From Mobula hypostoma (taxonomy: Eukaryota): a DNA stretch of 64,000 nucleotides. Below, piece after piece: positions 1 to 12,565 of the stretch (position 1 is the stretch's first letter; each line of letters opens with the position of its first letter). The notes below the pieces were generated by a model. That model was not told where the DNA came from. It made no database searches and saw nothing but the letters and a program-made list of their open reading frames with translations. Location of the stretch: positions 35,590,001 through 35,654,000 of the forward strand of contig NC_086097.1 in NCBI RefSeq assembly GCF_963921235.1, in the 5' to 3' direction. A program made the translations under genes and the position numbers.

Positions 1-2619
1 GGATACAGATAAACGATAGATTACAGCTCCCTGGACTTCAGCCCATGGTTGTAGAAACAGCATGTTCAAAAATTGGTAGTCCTTCGAATAATTGTGATGT
101 CTACTCTTTAGTTACATAATTTTTGTCCAAATCTGACCTTTTTTTTAAAAAAGTTCTGCCATTGTGGTAATGGATGACCAAATTAATTAACAAAATCCAT
201 CAGTAGCATAATAAGAAAGAAAACTTAGTTAGCCTCCCTTCAGGAGATCAGGAGGAAGCTTCTTTATTACTACTTGATGTACCCCCTTCTGACTTTAATT
301 TCATTTGGTCAAATAACACTGTGCTCAATAACCCAGCATGCTTCTGTGAAAGAGATCACTGAGGTACTGGAGGTTCTACATTAACCAGAGACCTTTATTT
401 AATATTCATTATTTTATAGAGCTCCAAAGTAGACTTTTTTATTTATGGCGTTATAGAATGCTAAGCCAGCCATCTGGTTTTCAAGTTCTTGGCTGTTTGA
501 ATCACATTAAGAACATAAAAAAATGAATCGAGCATTCATTTGTTGATACTGGATGAACGTTTTGGCCATTTCTTTGTCCGGTCTGATTTTCAGGAACCTG
601 ATTTTACTTTTGTTGATTTAAAATGTCTGCAGAAAAATTTAAGTTTTGATGCCTCTTTCAAGTTTACTCCAATTTTCCCTCTACTGTATTAGGTATTCTC
701 TTGCAAAACTCTAATGTTCTCCTGAGCCTATGGTTTATCACTAATTTTGATAAAACTAAAAGTCTCTGATTTTAATCTAATTGAAGAATAGATTAAAAGA
801 GAATGACTTTGTCAATCGCACTAATAGAAATTAGCGTGCAGTGCGGCAGAACTTAGCTCTTATCACTCAGAGAGAACCAGACGGCTCAAACTCAAGGTCC
901 CAACCAAATTGTGTAATACTTCATCCCTGGCTTAATTTTTTTAGAACAAAATTTAATAATCTGCAGAGCAATCAAAAATGAACCATTGTCAATCCCTGAG
1001 GGAATTGGCAGAGTGATGTAGAAACTGCTACAATGTATCACTGGATGATTACTCAAGACCTGCTCTCTGTTAATTAAAAACAATAATTAACATCTCAAAT
1101 TGAAAAATAATTGCATTGTCGTCATCTAATACTACATGCCATGGGTTAGATTGTATTTAGCAAGGCATATAATAAGACTAATTGTAAAGCAAGTGATGCT
1201 CTTCAATGACAAGGGTGCATTACAATGGAGTACTCATTGGTTTATATGATAAGTGTTATAACAAGCAACACCAGCCTTCCCAATAACTTACCTCTTGACT
1301 GACCTCATTCCTTTTCTTTCCCCAGGCAACTGACTGTTCTATTCCACAGCTCCAATATCTTCATTTATCCTCTGGGTATAGGGGGCAGGACAAGGGAGGA
1401 GGCTATGTAGGGATGGTATTTTAACATGTGAGCTATGGGTTTAAATAGTGTGGGGATGGTGGAATACACAAGCTCAAACTCACTAATTAGACATCTTACA
1501 TGTTGAAATTTCAGTAATGGTGGGTTAGCAGTTTCACAGTATCACCTTCTCATTAAGAGTGTATTCCCCAGGTTCAGAGGCATTAATTCAACCTGTCATG
1601 AATCCAAGGTAAGAGCATATAGTGATGATGGAGGATTCCATGGCCAAATGTGCTATTAAATGCTTCAAACTCCTATCTGGTTCCTGACTACTTCAATGAA
1701 AAGTGATCTTCATTTTTTGAGTTAGTTAATTTTGGAGAAAATGTTAGTATTTTTTGCACTTATTTTTTGAACATAATGTTCCATTTCCAAATTTTGCAAG
1801 TGCCCACTTTTCTAATGGATATTATATCATCATGGGTTCTACTTACGCGACCCAGTGGTATTTCATGATGGACAATAGCGAGAGCCAAAACAGGGAGCTG
1901 CTCCTCACCACTACCAAAGCTCCACAAGAGAGACATGACCATCAGACAGGACCAGCTCACTGATGGCCTTATGTGAAAGCCCATTAACGTTAACAAAACA
2001 TTTCCTATTTGAAGCTACCTCAGACAAATATGGCTAAGTTGAAGAAACTTCTTCAGAAACATTCAGACCTGTCCTGCAAAGTGGAGTTTTAATTTTTCGA
2101 TGAAACCTCCTCCTCTAGAGACAACATGGCACCCAGCAACCGTCATGTCTTCAGCAGCCAATTGATCGAAGGATTATCACAGTCAGAAAACCAGGAAGCA
2201 AAAAACACTCATTTTTAAAGCTTATTGAATACTTTGCAGAAGGTAAACTGACTAATACTGTACCTAAACACAGAACTAAGGCAGAAGGTACCTTAAAAAG
2301 TTATTACTTTTATAATTTTGGTGTTTTGCTGAACAAATCATGCTTTTGTATTATGGTGTTAATGTAGAAAAAAATGAAATTCATGTTAAATATTGATACT
2401 GTGTCGAATATATCTGTAAATACAGTAACATCATAATTTCTATGCAACACAGTCTGCATTTCCTGTGCACGTCCAGATATCACTACCTGCTGTAAGATAT
2501 AAATAGTAATGTTGCTATGTTCCATCACTGTAACCACATAAATGATTTTCAAGCACTAATGGGGAATCCTCATCTAAGAAACAAGCAGAACTCTTTCTGG
2601 TTGTGATCCTGTTAATTCA

Positions 2620-3085
2620 AGTTATGTTCTGGTCACCTACCTACAGGAAAGATATTGATAAGAGTGCAGAGACATTTACAAGCATGTTGCCAGAACTTGA
2701 TGACCTGGGAAAGGTTGAATAGGTTAAGATGTTACTCCCTAGAACAGAGGAAAATGAGGGGAAATTTGATAGAGGTATACAGAATTATGAGGGGTATAGA
2801 TAGGGTAAGTGCAAGCAGGCTTTTTCCACTCAGGTTGGGAGGTTATAGGTTTAGGGGTTGAAAGGTGAAATGTTTAAAGGGAGCATGTGAGTGAACTTCT
2901 CCTCTCAGTGGACTGTGAGAGTGTGGAATAAGCTGCCAGCAGAAGTGGTGGATACAGATTCGATTTAAACTTTGAAGAGATATTTGGAGAGGTTGATGAG
3001 ATGAGGTAGAATAATAGTTTGGCAGGGCTTAATAGACAGGAGGGCATGTTTCTGTGCTATAGTCTTCAATGACTCCATGACCATG
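2620..3085 (+). mobile_element. CR1 LINE 3' fragment (decayed), intronic
   Basis: Translation ERLNRLRCYSLEQRKMRGNLIEVYRIMRGIDRV matches the CR1 ORF2 C-terminus; ends in a ctccatgac-type tail. Confidence 0.85.
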
Positions 3086-3559
3086 TGTTCTGCTCCTTCA
3101 GATACCCCCAGAATCCCCACTACCAGGAGCAATCAGCAATCGATGTAAAACAACATACAAAACTACAGCTCATTCTAACTTCTATTTTATTTCCAGGATT
3201 GATTTGATTACAAACGGTTAATATTAGATTTAGGTTATTTAGGGACTGGCATTCGATGCATTACTCTGATAAGCTCTACATTTGACTATGCACAGAGATG
3301 GGCAACTGGCACCAGCTAAATCTATTAGGATGGTCCAATTAACTATCTATGAAGCATTGTCCATTTAGTTTCAAATACCTTGTGTTCATTTAAGAATGGA
3401 TACTGTCATAGATGGGAAATATAAACAGTTAAGGGATGAGTTTTATGATACTTACTGTTGATTTATAACAGCAAAGGAAACTTGGAGGAGCCAAGAATGA
3501 GGTTTAGAAATTATGGGTCCTGGAAAGCTTACTGAGAAGAAGTACTGATACTTGATTTA

Positions 3560-3920
3560 TTATGATCATTATGTGCTATGTCATATCGCATGGGAGATCA
3601 TGGTCTTCTATCTGTCTTTAATCTGAAAAGTTCTAATAAGCTCTTCAAAACTTTTGCCCGTCATCCCTTGATGCAACTCATGAATGTTGTGTGCTGTCAA
3701 CCGCAACCTTTTCTTCCATCAATTTTTCCCGTCACTGCAAGATGTTCGAGCTTCTCCTTCCTCTATATGTCCCAGAAATTCCAGCTGCCGTTTCCAGATT
3801 GGTGATATCAGTTCTCTTCTTACTTCTGGCTTTTCACAACACTTCCTCATTTGTTACTGCGTCCTTCCGCAATATTTTCATCATTCTTCTCGAAAACCAT
3901 ATTTCTGCAGCTTTGATCCT
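3560..3920 (-). mobile_element. RTE-clade LINE 3' fragment (decayed)
   Basis: Minus strand reads IKAAEIWFSRRMMKILRKDAVTNEEVL and, after frameshifts, LEFLGHI and EKLEHLAVTGKIDGRKG, typical of an RTE C-terminus. Confidence 0.7.
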
Positions 3921-4797
3921 TCCCTCATTTAGAAATTATGTTATACTTAATTATGTATATTCGATTATGATGCCATAAACTGAAAGAAAAATCATTTTAG
4001 TCAGGCCCTTCAGCTCACTCTTGTAAACTTTCAACAACTGAAGTATAACCAAGAGCCTCTGAGACTATTCTTTGCTTACAATTAATTTTTCCCACTATTA
4101 ACTCTTAGCATTTAGGTCAGTTTTTCTTTGTTTCCCTAATGTAACATGCAGTTTAGGTTTTGTTGAAACATTTACAAAATATTATTGATCTAAGAATGAA
4201 ATGCTTCTTTTGTGGTGCCGTGCAGGCAGCAGAGATCCATTGTCATCTCCACTGATGTTAAGTACCATCTTCTAAATCATCTCCAGTTTCTTTTCTCAAT
4301 CAGGCTCTAAGCACCCAGGGTAACAGCAAGACAAGGACTGAATAGAAAATGACATATGACCAGTGGAATCTATAACTTCTCTATTAGTCTTTTTTCTGCT
4401 TTAGAGTTAAAACATAGGAACTTCTACTGTAACAGAGAAAAATCAGCCTGAAAGGATCTGAATAGAGGTCATGTTTGAACCTAATATTGGACTCTTGATC
4501 CTTGGTTTTTATGAATTCCTATGAAATGTCAACATTATCTTCTTTTCTTGATTGACTAATGATTGGAATCAAGCCAAATTAAATGCATTTGAAAGCTGAA
4601 TATGATTGTTTGACAATTTCCACTCTGTCATTTGTGTATCAGGATACTTTCATAGCCTAATGTTCTAAACGGTAATTATCTTAACATTAGTGATTTTAAA
4701 CAAATAAACTGCTTTGTAGGTAGAGAGTTCTAGAAAGTGTTAAACCATCCCATTTGGAAATGCAAATTAATTTTCTTCTCTCTGGCTCTTGTTCTAG

Positions 4798-5739
4798 ATC
4801 ATTTTCCGAAAGATCATTGATGTGAAGAAAGAAGAGGAAGAGCGGATGCGGCTGAAGAATGAAGTGACACTTAATATCCCAGTGGACCATCCAGTCAGGA
4901 AGCTCTTCCAGAAGTTCAAGCAGCAGAAAGAACTGCGGAATCAGGCTGCAGAGCGCAGCAACTCAGACAGAAACCACCTCAGAATGGATAACCATTCATT
5001 TCACAATGGTGTCTCTACCACAGGCACGAGTGTGGTTACGGTGTCTCAGATTACTCCAATACCATCCTCCCTTTCCTTTGTGAGAAATAATGAGCAGAAG
5101 ATGCAAATGCAGCGGGAGACTGTGGAGTTGAGAACAAAAGGTCTGAATGAGCAGCTGTGCTCTAAGGTTACTAGTCCCATGCAGGCCAAGACTGGAAATG
5201 GAAAAGGATGGTTAAGACTTAAGAATTCTGTTGCCTTCACTGACTCTTTCCCTGGGACAAGAGAGGAGAAAGAGCAAAACTGGAACAATGTTATCAAAGC
5301 TGAATCCATGGAAATTCTTTCAGAGGAGTCAAAAGGTGCAGATTCTGAGAACAACGTTATAAAGAACCCTTTGAGGAAGACGGACTCATGTGATAGCGGT
5401 ATTACAAAAAGTGACCTGCGGTTAGACAAGGCTGGAGAGATTCGCAGCCCATTGGAGCATAGCCCGGTTCAAGCTGATGTCAGGCACCCCTTCTACCCAA
5501 TTCCTGAGCAGGCCTTGCAGACCACACTGCAAGAAGCCAAAATGGAACTGAAAGAAGACATTCAGTTGCTATGCAACCGAATGACTGGTCTTGAGAAGCA
5601 AGTGACAGAAATCCTTCAGATACTGTCTGAAAAGAGTCAGGCAGAAACGCCTTCTGAGAAGTCGCAAGACACAAGTCAGGAAATGTCACATGTTTCTAAG
5701 CCTCCAGCTCCATCGTTGGAAGAAGATCTTCCGTCTTAG
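4798..5739 (+). CDS. KCNH5: Terminal coding exon of voltage-gated potassium channel KCNH5 (EAG2/Kv10.2), 313 aa of cytoplasmic C-terminus
   Basis: Polypyrimidine tract and AG acceptor at 4796-4797, then phase-0 frame [49 protein letters not shown]...[26 protein letters not shown]...[34 protein letters not shown] (CaM-binding segments and C-terminal coiled coil). Recognised as closer to KCNH5 than KCNH1. Stop TAG at 5737-5739. Confidence 0.95.
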   Translation: MIFRKIIDVKKEEEERMRLKNEVTLNIPVDHPVRKLFQKFKQQKELRNQAAERSNSDRNHLRMDNHSFHNGVSTTGTSVVTVSQITPIPSSLSFVRNNEQKMQMQRETVELRTKGLNEQLCSKVTSPMQAKTGNGKGWLRLKNSVAFTDSFPGTREEKEQNWNNVIKAESMEILSEESKGADSENNVIKNPLRKTDSCDSGITKSDLRLDKAGEIRSPLEHSPVQADVRHPFYPIPEQALQTTLQEAKMELKEDIQLLCNRMTGLEKQVTEILQILSEKSQAETPSEKSQDTSQEMSHVSKPPAPSLEEDLPS

Positions 5740-7099
5740 CTTGGAAGATTTAACTTTGACACACAAGTTTAACCAAATGCACAAGGAGACTGCTCTGACA
5801 GTCAGAAGACTTTTGCATGTCCAGCTGGATTCTGGCCTGCCAAAGAAAAATTATTAACTGAAGAATTGCTTGTAAATTATAAAGATAATTGCATGCGTAT
5901 ATGAAACTTCATTTACAATCCTTCACTGCATATCATGGACCATTCTGTGCAGTGTGGTTACTATTTTCTGAGTTTGCACAGTCAATTGCCCTTTGAACTA
6001 TGGCTCTGTAAGAGCCCAGGCTTGACAACCGAACATGTTTTATTCCCAGTTCAGGGGCAGTTTAATGCATGCTTTGTTTTTCAGGGTTATATGAAAATAG
6101 TGCTGTTGATCGATATGTACCATTGCAAGGTTTAGTTTACAATAGAGAAATTTATAAATCTAACCAAAAAAATCTTTTTTAAAATTATTTTCATCAATTT
6201 AATGCCTTCTAAGGAGGAAGAAATGATAGGTATCAAAATCTATTTTGATGAATGAGGGACAGTTGAACTGATTGTTTGTCCAACATCAACATATTATAGA
6301 AATTATACGATTTCAATAGCAAACATTTTTATGTGACCAAAGTGAATTAAATCACGTCATATAGGCCATTTTGTTTTGACTTGTGGAAAATAACTTCAAA
6401 ATTCCAATTAAAATTTTAGTTTTTTTTAAAACTCCACTTAGGCATTCGGGAATCGAAAAGAAGTTAGTATTAATAATTTAGTACTGTCTTAATGCAAGAG
6501 TTAAATTAGCCAGCTGAAATAATTAGTAAAATGTGCATTATTGTACTTCAGAGATCTTTTTCCAAGGTTTACGATGACTAAGTTAATGAATAGATTATGA
6601 GTTATTATAAATATGCAGGTTTGCAGGCTCACCGGTTGGTACTTGAAGTGGTCATCCATGTGGGAGAAAGTAAGTGAGTGCAGAAAGAGAGAGAAAGAAA
6701 TTTCATTTTTCTCATTACTTAAGCAGGATTTCTATAAATATTTGCAAAAGGGTCCATTTATCTCCAGTTTATTAGTTGATGCTACACTCAGGCATTTGAA
6801 CAGAATGTTTCTGTAGTTTTTCATCTAATTTTCATGGTTCTTCATATGTTGCATAAACATCTTGCTATGGAAGTCTCTCATAGCTTTATCCAGTTATACT
6901 AAATCTAGGACAGTAACTTTAGAATTTCAGACAAAAATTCCATCATTTATACCACAAAACTCAGAAGATGATAGCCCATGTGGGAAACATTACAAAATTG
7001 TTATGCCACAAATGAGGACAATTTATCCTATCAACACTGTAGAGAAATCTGATCAGTCCCATTCCCTCCCTTTTCCTCCATAGTCTTGCAAAGCTTTAC

Positions 7100-7655
7100 C
7101 TTCAAATATTTCAGATTCAGAATCACTATCATATATGGTGTGAAATTAGTTGTTTTGTGGCAGCATTCAGTGCAAAGACGTAAAATTACTATAAATTACA
7201 AAATTAATATGTCAATGGTTGTGCCTATGATGGAGCTGGCCTCCAGTGATCCTCTGCATTTGGACCTCCATACCAGGTTGTGATAGATCCAGTATGAATG
7301 CTCTCCACTGCACATCTGTAGAAATCTGCAAGTATCTTTGGTGACAATACCAAATCTGCTCAAATCCCTGATGAAGTAGAGCCAATGGCATGCCTTCTTC
7401 GTGATTACATCAATATGTTGAGTCCAGGACGGACCCTCCAAAACGATAACACCCACGAATCTAAAGCTGCTCACCCTTCCCACTGCTGACCCTCAATGAG
7501 GATGATGTATGTTCCCCTTCCTGAAGTCCACAATCAGTTCCTCCTTGGTTTTGCTGATATTGAGTATGAGGTTGCTGTTTTGACATCACTTAACCAGCTG
7601 ATCTATCTCATTCCTGCACATTTGCTTGTTGCTCTCTGGGATTTTACCAACAACC
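7100..7655 (-). mobile_element. Rex1/Babar LINE 3' fragment
   Basis: Minus ORF SSFRFVGVIVLEGPSWTQHIDVITKKACHWLYFIRDLSRFG; (TTCAGA)-type tail on + near 7110. Confidence 0.8.
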
Positions 7656-7859
7656 TCCTATTTCCTTTGGAAAGCCACAATAGTAGTTGCATTCACCATC
7701 ATTTTGGAGATATTTCTGGATCATAACTACTTGCATCATAAAAAAGGCTTATCCTCTCATCAATCTTTTGCGAGACATTTTGATATTTGACTCCTCAGTA
7801 AATGGCAGAAGCTACTCTCTCTTTGCTCTATCTAACTCCAGCAAGGTATAGGTTTAGAG

Positions 7860-8890
7860 CAGATTCAAACTCCTGCAAGTGCACATCTCACAAATTTCAT
7901 GGTCCCGGAACACACCCTACACAGTCAGGAAAGCTCACCAAAGCCTCTGCTTTCTGAGCAAGAGCTGGGCTATGTACATCTATACTCATGTCCTTCGACA
8001 GATGTGGTGATACAACAGTGGTGGGGCTCGTCACCAACAAAGAGGAGCTGGAAGAGCTCAAGGCCTGGTGGCAGGCAAATAGCCTGTTCCTCAACGTCAA
8101 CAAGACAAGGAGATAGTTATCAACTTGAGGAGAACTTGTACCACCCATACCCCTCTTTACATCGGTACCATGGCCATGGAAACTGGGAGGAGTTTCAAAC
8201 TCCTGGGAGTGCACCTCTCACACAACCTCGCATGGTCCCAGAACACATCCTGCTGAATCAGGAAAACTCAGCAATGCCTCTGCTTTCTGAGGAAGAGCAG
8301 GATTCTGCACATCTACACTGATTTCCTTCTTCAGATGTGCAGCAGAGAGCATGCTGATGTGCTGCATCACTGCATGGTACAGGAACTGCACTGTGGCAGA
8401 CAGGAAGGCTCTACAACGGGCAGTCGAAACCGCCCAACACATCGCCGGCTCCATCAAGGGCATAATGGTGCCAGAAAAGGGTCAGTAACATCATGAAGGG
8501 TCCCACCCACCCAGCTCTTGGGCAATTTGTCCCTCTCCCATATTAGACTATATGGCATCTGACTCTAAAATAATTACTTCTCCCAGGCAGTAAGGCTGAT
8601 CAACACCTCCACCCACTAACCCACCCCACCATACCCCTCACCACCACTACTTCGTCATTTCCTGTCAGAGTCCTTATGTACAGAAACTACTGTGCCTAGC
8701 GTCACTTTAAGGACATACAATCAATCTATGTATATAAGTAATGGTATATTTATATTTGTTGCATTTTTTATTATCGTGTTCTTTATCTTATTGTGTATTT
8801 TTGTGTTGAATTCGATCTGGAGTAACAATTATTTTGTTCTCCTTTACACTTGTGTACTGGAAATGATATTAAATTATCTTGAATCGTAAA
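7860..8890 (+). mobile_element. Rex1/Babar LINE 3' region, with a repeated ~145-bp segment (7866-8010 vs 8195-8340)
   Basis: WWQANSLFLNVNKT, FKLLGVHLSHNL and CITAWYRNCTVADRKALQRAV motifs across frameshifts; 3' UTR ends ...attaaattatcttgaatc. Confidence 0.8.
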
Positions 8891-8970
8891 TCTTAATTAG
8901 GTTTCTGTCAGATCAGAGATTTGTTTGACATTACAGAGAAGGAAAAAGTGGAAAAATCATTTAAAGAGTA

Positions 8971-9150
8971 ACACACACAAAGTGTTGGAGGAACTCAGCA
9001 GGTCAGGCAGCATCGAACAGTCGATGTTTTCCTGTCCTAAAGAAGGATCTCACCATGAAATGTCAACTGTTTATTCATTTCTGTTGATGCTGCCTGACTT
9101 GCTGAGTTCCTCCAGCATTTTGTGTGTGTCGCTTTCGATTTCCTGCCTCT
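8971..9150. mobile_element. Penelope-like terminal segments in inverted arrangement
   Basis: 44-bp arms 8971-9014 and 9086-9129 are reverse complements (41/44); the same motif follows the Penelope GIY-YIG remnants elsewhere in the window. Confidence 0.75.
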
Positions 9151-9304
9151 ACAAAATCTCCCATGAATATGGAAGATAATTTTACTGTGTTTTCAGAGCC
9201 ATATTAACTCCCTGGCAAACACTGGCATTTGAGAAAAGCAAGAACTAAAGTAAAAGGCAGCAAAAAATTTACAAAAAGATTTGATTTTTTTTCTCTTCAA
9301 AACA

Positions 9305-9480
9305 TTGCTTTCCACCTTGTACTTCTTCCTCCCCTCCCCCACCTTCTTACTCAGACTCCTTCCCCTTCTTTTCCAGTCCTGATGAAGGGTCACTTTTCCA
9401 TAGATGCCAACTGGCCTGCTGAGTTCCTCCAGCATTTCGTGTGTATTATTTTGGATTTCTAGCATCTGCAGATTTTCTTA
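9305..9480 (+). mobile_element. Penelope-like terminal fragment
   Basis: ccagtcCTGATGAagggtc...tgctgagttcctccagcat...agcatctgcag motif shared with other copies. Confidence 0.75.
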
Positions 9481-9589
9481 TTTTAGGAGATACAAAGTTC
9501 AGGTTAATTAACAGATCTAATTCATGAGTTTTTAGTTTATACGAGTACATAATTGCAGAGTTAAATCCCAAAACGCCAGGACTAGTTAT

Positions 9590-10332
9590 TCATTATCTAA
9601 CATGGAGTTTGAGGAGATTTGGTATGTCATCTAAAACACTTGGAAACTGAAGTACCTTCATTAACTCCAAAAGACAGGTTAGGTAAAATACCGAAAGGCT
9701 TTTATTCGTTGTACAATACGACCTCCATGGTGAGTGTCTGCCCTCGGACTGAAGGGGAGGGGCAAGGCGAAACACCTTTATACAGGAACTGTGGGGGGAG
9801 CCACAGGGGCAGTCAGCAGAGGGTCGTGTCCAGACAGTTAACCCAGTTACAACATATATATGGTTTACCATAGAAACTTCTGCAGATGTTCTGTGGAGAG
9901 GTTTCTAACTAACTGCATCACCATCTGGTACGTGGGGGGGGGGTGGCTACTGCATAGGTGTGAAGTAAACTGCAGAGAGTTGTAATTAGTCAGCTCCATC
10001 ACGGGCACTAGTCTTGACATCTTCAAGGAGCAGTGCCTCAAAATGGCGGCGTCCATCATTAAGGGCCCCCATCAACCAAGACATGCCTTCTTCTCATTGT
10101 TTCTATCAGGAAGGAGGTACAGAAGCCTGAAGACACTCACTCAGCAATTCAGAAACAGTTTCTTCCCTCTGCCATCTGAACTCTGATTGGACATTGAACC
10201 TATGAACATGACATTTACTGTATTTCACAGTATTTTTTCTCTGTTATCATGCATTGCATTGTACTGCTGCCACAAAGTTAACAAAATTTCATGACATATG
10301 CTGGTGATATTAAACCTGCTTCTGATTCTGAT
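9590..10332 (+). mobile_element. Rex1/Babar LINE 3' fragment interrupted by a solo LTR
   Basis: SLRRFGMSSKTLGN|FCRCSVER rejoins across the LTR; CITIWY; (TTCTGA)n tail at 10320-10332. Confidence 0.85.
9648..9872 (-). mobile_element. Solo LTR (225 bp), Gypsy-like
   Basis: Exact 5-bp TSD GAAAC (9643-9647, 9873-9877); minus-strand TATAAA and AATAAA; homologous to the LTR at 12043-12266. Confidence 0.9.
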
Positions 10333-10930
10333 AAGCTTCCACTTCGTTTGTGATTTTACAAATGCATAGGATAGATTACAACCATCTGATAATGTCAGGC
10401 TTGAAAATAGGGTCAATCTACTGCATCAGCTTTGTCAAAATGTTGGTTAGATCCAGATGCATGTTGAATATACAGTATTTCTATTATACCATAATTTCTA
10501 CTTTTTAATATATTCTAATATTTGAAATGGCCAAGCTTTATTATTTCAAGCATTATGTGAAGGCAACTTTTCCCACAGTCTCAGCAGAAGTGTCAAAATC
10601 ATTAAATGATCCTAGACATTATTCTGTAGAGAAATTATTTTAATCCACAGCTCTTCTTCTCAATGCACTATTGAAATATACTTAAGAGCCTGGAGGGAAA
10701 TAATTCTCTGTTATCTCTGCATTTGCAGACTTTCTTTAATTTGCACTAAAGGCTCCCTCAGCCAAGAAGTGGCCCTTCCATCTTACTGGAGCACAACAGA
10801 TGGATCTATCTTCCATTTGGAAGCCTACATGATTAGGGATCAATGGGTGCAGAGACCTTCCCACCTCATGTGCTGTCTTTGTGAGGTTTGCCTGCTCTCC
10901 ATGGGTTTTTTTTCTCCGCACGTCCCAGTG

Positions 10931-11202
10931 ATTGATGATGATGATGATGATGATGACGATGTTGACTCAGAGCTGAGAGGCCAGCGTCGGGCATTTTCAT
11001 GCCTTACAAGGCGCAGTTCGAAAGGCTATGTGGGGCGCCACTCCCGCACAGACATTTCACAGTATTATTTTACGAGGCCCAGTTGCGAGCTCGACATCAA
11101 CCCGGCGCAGATGCAGAGTACGCATGGGAGCAGTCTGTCACTGGATCGAACTCAGGAACTTCCGTTCTCAAGACTGGCACTGATCTCACTGTGCCACCAG
11201 CC
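10931..11202 (-). mobile_element. tRNA-derived SINE with (ATC)n tail, apparently inserted in an older V-SINE remnant (~10850-11375)
   Basis: Minus strand has box A TGGCACAGTGAG and box B GAGTTCGATCC; (GAT)n run at 10933-10960 on +. Confidence 0.8.
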
Positions 11203-12042
11203 AACCAAATGATTAGTTATTGTAAATGGCCACTAATGTAATTTGGTGATTAGAGAATCAGGAAGGGGTGCAGCCATGTGAAAGAGAGTAGGGAATAGAA
11301 ATGCAGGAGTGGAACTGATGCAAATGGTCGAGAGACATCTTAGATTCAGTGGGCCAAATGGCTGCTTTCTTTGTCATAAGGAAATATGAAATAAAATACC
11401 AACGCTGAGTAATGGAACAGATTTCTTATATTCAATGTCTGTTGGAATATTCCCTGTTTTCTTTCTGGGAGGAATATTTTAATTTAATTGCAATTTCCAT
11501 GTGTGAAGAATTAGTTCCTAGATGAATCATTGGCCGTTTTAATTAATTCATGAGATAGGCATTGTTGATGTTGCCTACATCTATTATCCATTCTATTTAT
11601 CATTAAATGGTGTAGCCTGGTGGTCCAGCTAAAAGAGGAGCTAGGAGTCAGCCTCTGGCCGTGGGGCTGGAGTCATATACATGCCAGACCAGGTAAGGAC
11701 AGGTGGATTTTGAGAATAATCTGGATAAAGTTGTATGCTCGTTAATGCTGACACTAAATCTCCAATCCAAGCTTGAATAACCTAATCTTCATTAGAGGTA
11801 CAAATCCTTATTAGAATTTAAGAGTGCAAAATAACTTGAAATATTTGTAATTTGATGAAGCAATTATTTTTTACTTGTCATCCCATCAGTTCAACCATCC
11901 AGTAAGCCCAGTAACATAATCAGTCAACAAAACTGCATGAATACCCATTTGAACAATTTCAAAAACATGGTACAATTGGTTTAAGTTTCTTATTAAGAGA
12001 CCAGTATTTACTGTGCTATACCATTTTACTTTATAGACACTG

Positions 12043-12565
12043 TGTGGTAAACCATATATATATGTTGTAACTGTCTGGACACGCCCCTCTGCTGACTGCT
12101 CCTGTGGCTCCTCCCACAGAACCCTGAATAAAGGCGATTGCACCATTGCTCTTCCTCTCAGTCCAGGGCAGGTACTCAGCATGGTCGAGGTCACATTTCA
12201 CTGCTAATAAAAGCCTTTCAGTACTTACTCTACTTCCAGTCTCTTGGACTAATTGATATTGCATCAATTTTATTAGCAGTAAAATGTGACCTCGACCATG
12301 CTGAGTATCCGCCCCGGATTGAGGTGCCTGCAGTATTTTTGCTGAGAGGTACCACACAAAGGAATATTACTCTCTTGGGTGTTTATTATCCTGACTGATG
12401 TCGGTGAGTTCTGTCCTCTTTCTTTACCGAAGTAGTGACTGTTGAGTATCCGTTCCATGGAGCTTCTCAGCATCCGGCTGCAAACTGAGCCCGCCCCCAG
12501 GGTTATGTCGGCTTGCTGTGTCGGCCCTGCCTGCCCGTCTGCTCTGATCCCCTTCCAGTGCATCA
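12043..12565 (+). mobile_element. Internally deleted LTR element: full LTR 12043-12266, ~290-bp leader, only the terminal TGCATCA of the 3' LTR
   Basis: TG...CA ends; TSD CACTG at 12038-12042 and 12566-12570; TGCATCA ends at both 12266 and 12565. Confidence 0.8.

Noticed and set aside
4822..5739. ORF-track 305-aa standalone gene starting at GTG
   Set aside because: It is a spliced terminal exon; the frame extends to the AG acceptor at 4797 and GTG is not a start
10769..11212. 147-aa ORF with a poly-Asp run
   Set aside because: The poly-Asp is the (GAT)n SINE tail read antisense; the ORF spans SINE sequence
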